Assembly: GCF_006345805.1 (NCBI RefSeq)
Contig: NW_021823563.1
Location: 1-23,189, forward strand
Reading direction: 5' to 3'
DNA: 23,189 bases
From: Octopus sinensis
Lineage: Eukaryota
The position numbers were made by a program, and so were the translations under genes. Of this stretch, positions 20,997 to 23,189 are shown piece by piece. How positions within the stretch are numbered: position 1 is the stretch's first letter; each line of letters opens with the position of its first letter. A model generated the notes under the pieces. It was not told where the DNA came from and made no database searches. It was given only the letters and a program-made list of their open reading frames with translations.

Positions 20997-21006
20997 TTAT
21001 CTATCG

Positions 21007-21049
<43 letters not shown>

Positions 21050-21135
21050 ATCTACATCTATCTATCTATCTATCTAATATCTATCTATCTATCTATCGTC
21101 TATCTATATATATATCTCTATCTATCTACGTCTAT
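20997..21135. repeat. (CTAT)n microsatellite
   Basis: Direct inspection. Confidence 0.95.
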
Positions 21136-21504
21136 AATATATATATGTGTTGTAATTTTATATATAAATCTACTTTCGCTTTCACGTGTTCGGAGACTTG
21201 CGATTGGCCTGAATACAATATAGCTGACAGTCAGTCCCCAAGCAGCCGTACATATGTCGCTGCTATTGCAACAAAATGAAACTTAATTCTTTGGTTGGAA
21301 AATTTAACTATCAAAGAATTTAACGCACACATACTCACATAAACGCACACACACATGCACGCACGCACGTACGCACGTACGCGCGCACACACATACCACA
21401 CATAATACGAATATATATATATATATATACATATACAATGTGTTCACAAAGGTATTAGGCAGAAAACAAAAATTCAACATTAATTGAGGTCTGAAACATA
21501 AACA

Positions 21505-21935
21505 TCTATATCTATAAAACAGTCCTTAGACGAAAATTGTGTGCACATTTTGTTTGACGGTTAATGGCGGACAAACCGAGGCTAGGATCGAGCTGAAAAT
21601 TGGCAGGGATACTAAATGCATGGTGAGGATGAGACCCGCGATGGTTAAAATTCGCAAGCTATAAAGATGTGGTTGCTATGGCAAAAAGAGTGAAAATTCA
21701 TCGTCTTTAAACGGACTTTGACAAGTGTTTGTTGTTTCTCTCTTACGGTTATCACCCTTTCTTCTCCCATCTCTCTCTTTCCCCCTTCCCTCCTCTTTAT
21801 CTCTATAACGGCTTTTGACAACTTCTACTCACTCTCTTACCCTCTCCGTGTTCGCTTCGCTGTTTCTCTCTGTACGTCTTTCTGTATCTATAGAGAAAAA
21901 GCGTTGACAGCCGCAAGTGTGAGTAATGGAGAGGA
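21505..21935 (+). mobile_element. Possible non-autonomous Helitron/Helentron-like element
   Basis: Starts A^TCTATATCTATAAAA, contains GATCGAGCTGAAAATTGGCA (21586-21605) and a pyrimidine-rich tract; no clear 3' hairpin-CTRR found. Confidence 0.35.
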
Positions 21936-21981
21936 ATAAAATAATAAATAATTATATTGTGTCGGAAATATATTTCACTCT

Positions 21982-22045
21982 TCGTTTGTCTGTCCTGGTT
22001 TGTCCTCTCTGTGTTTAGCCCCTTGTGTGTAGCAAAGAAATAGGT
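21982..22045 (+). mobile_element. 3' tail fragment of an OK-like SINE
   Basis: CGTTTGTCTGTCC...TTTAGCCCCTTGTG...AAAGAAATAGGTA matches 11192-11255 and 22228-22287. Confidence 0.8.
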
Positions 22046-22055
22046 AAGTAATGAA

Positions 22056-22287
22056 GGCGGCGAGCTGGCAGAGACGTTAGCACGCCGGGCGAAATACGTA
22101 CCCGTATTTCGTCTGCCGTTACGTTCTAAGTTCAAATTCCGCCGAGGTCGACTTTGCCTTTCATCCTTTCGGGGTTCGATAATTAAGTATCAGTTACGCA
22201 CTGGGGTCGATCTAATCGTCTTAATCCGTTTGTGTGTCCTTGTTTGTCCCCTCTGTATTTAGCCCCTTGTGGGTAGTACAGAAATAT
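22056..22287 (+). mobile_element. tRNA-derived SINE (OK-like), full length
   Basis: Colinear and highly similar to 11021-11251. Confidence 0.9.
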
Positions 22288-22782
22288 ATATACATTTTTA
22301 GTGAACCCTTAAACAAGTGAGACAGTCACTGTGGTATAATCACAAAAAAAATTCACATCGAAGTGTGCTGTGAATGACGTCACTTGACAACCAGTCACTT
22401 GTTGCAACATGATAGGACCTCCTCTGTCACAATGCTTTAATATTCACAAGCCGTTGGAATCTTATGGTCCTGCGTGTAAACAGAAAAATCTACATTTGCT
22501 GATGCGCTCTGAATCATTTACATATATAACTTTTATAATGAAAACAAACACCAATCGGAAGACACGGAACGAATGACCACTATGTTCTATTGTACAAAAG
22601 AACGGCTAATATAAATGTAGATATTTAAATTTAATGGCGATAGTGACATAGGAGTGTCAATACCTCAGGAAAAAGCAAACATCACAAAGGATTCCTTTGA
22701 AAGAAACGCCACATTTTAGAATATCTCGATGAAGGCTACAATCTTCACCGTTACATTTATATGTAATATATACATGAAAGCA

Positions 22783-22786
<4 letters not shown>

Positions 22787-22840
<54 letters not shown>

Positions 22841-23149
22841 TATATATATACATTTATATATACATGCATTTCAATACGTATGAATAAATATTCATGCATG
22901 CATGTTAATACAAACATATGTATGAATGTACGTATTTAGGTATGTATGTATGTATGTATATATATAGCTGTGTATGTATTATGTATATATGTGAGTATAT
23001 TACTGATACGCTGGAGTGCAACAACATAAACAGAATATATTAATATGTAAACTATTACGTATACATACATGCAAACAACACATATATAAGCAAATACATA
23101 TATACATACATACATACACACATACATACGTATATATATATATATATAT

Positions 23150-23189
<40 letters not shown>
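22787..23189. repeat. (TA)n/(TATG)n/(TACA)n low-complexity region
   Basis: Direct inspection. Confidence 0.9.

Noticed and set aside
22657-22745. Minus-strand LHRDI kinase-like motif with a GAG/GTATTG donor
   Set aside because: The following residues do not fit HRDxKxxN and no other kinase exons are visible.

Overview
Non-coding, AT-rich eukaryotic DNA made almost entirely of repeats. The SINE families and microsatellite density look like an octopus/cephalopod genome (recognised from memory, not verified). No intact host gene is supported, and nearly all listed ORFs are microsatellite artefacts. Contents: three groups of tRNA-derived SINEs (two copies with target-site duplications); a decayed mariner transposase; fragments of R4/Dong-like, CR1-group and Penelope-like retroelements; a 107-bp higher-order tandem repeat built from a palindromic ~53-bp monomer; and a ~1.2-kb tandem duplication. 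The main unannotated signal is a dense set of type I hammerhead ribozyme (HHR) motifs. Seven canonical-core HHRs from five unrelated sequence contexts lie within 14.4-19.6 kb. Five further copies of a short (TA)n-associated element carry an HHR fold with a fixed non-canonical core (CUGUAGA). Together these point to a family of short, non-autonomous, microsatellite-associated ribozyme retroelements (Penelope-derived or retrozyme-like). All structures were paired by eye and none has been tested for activity.
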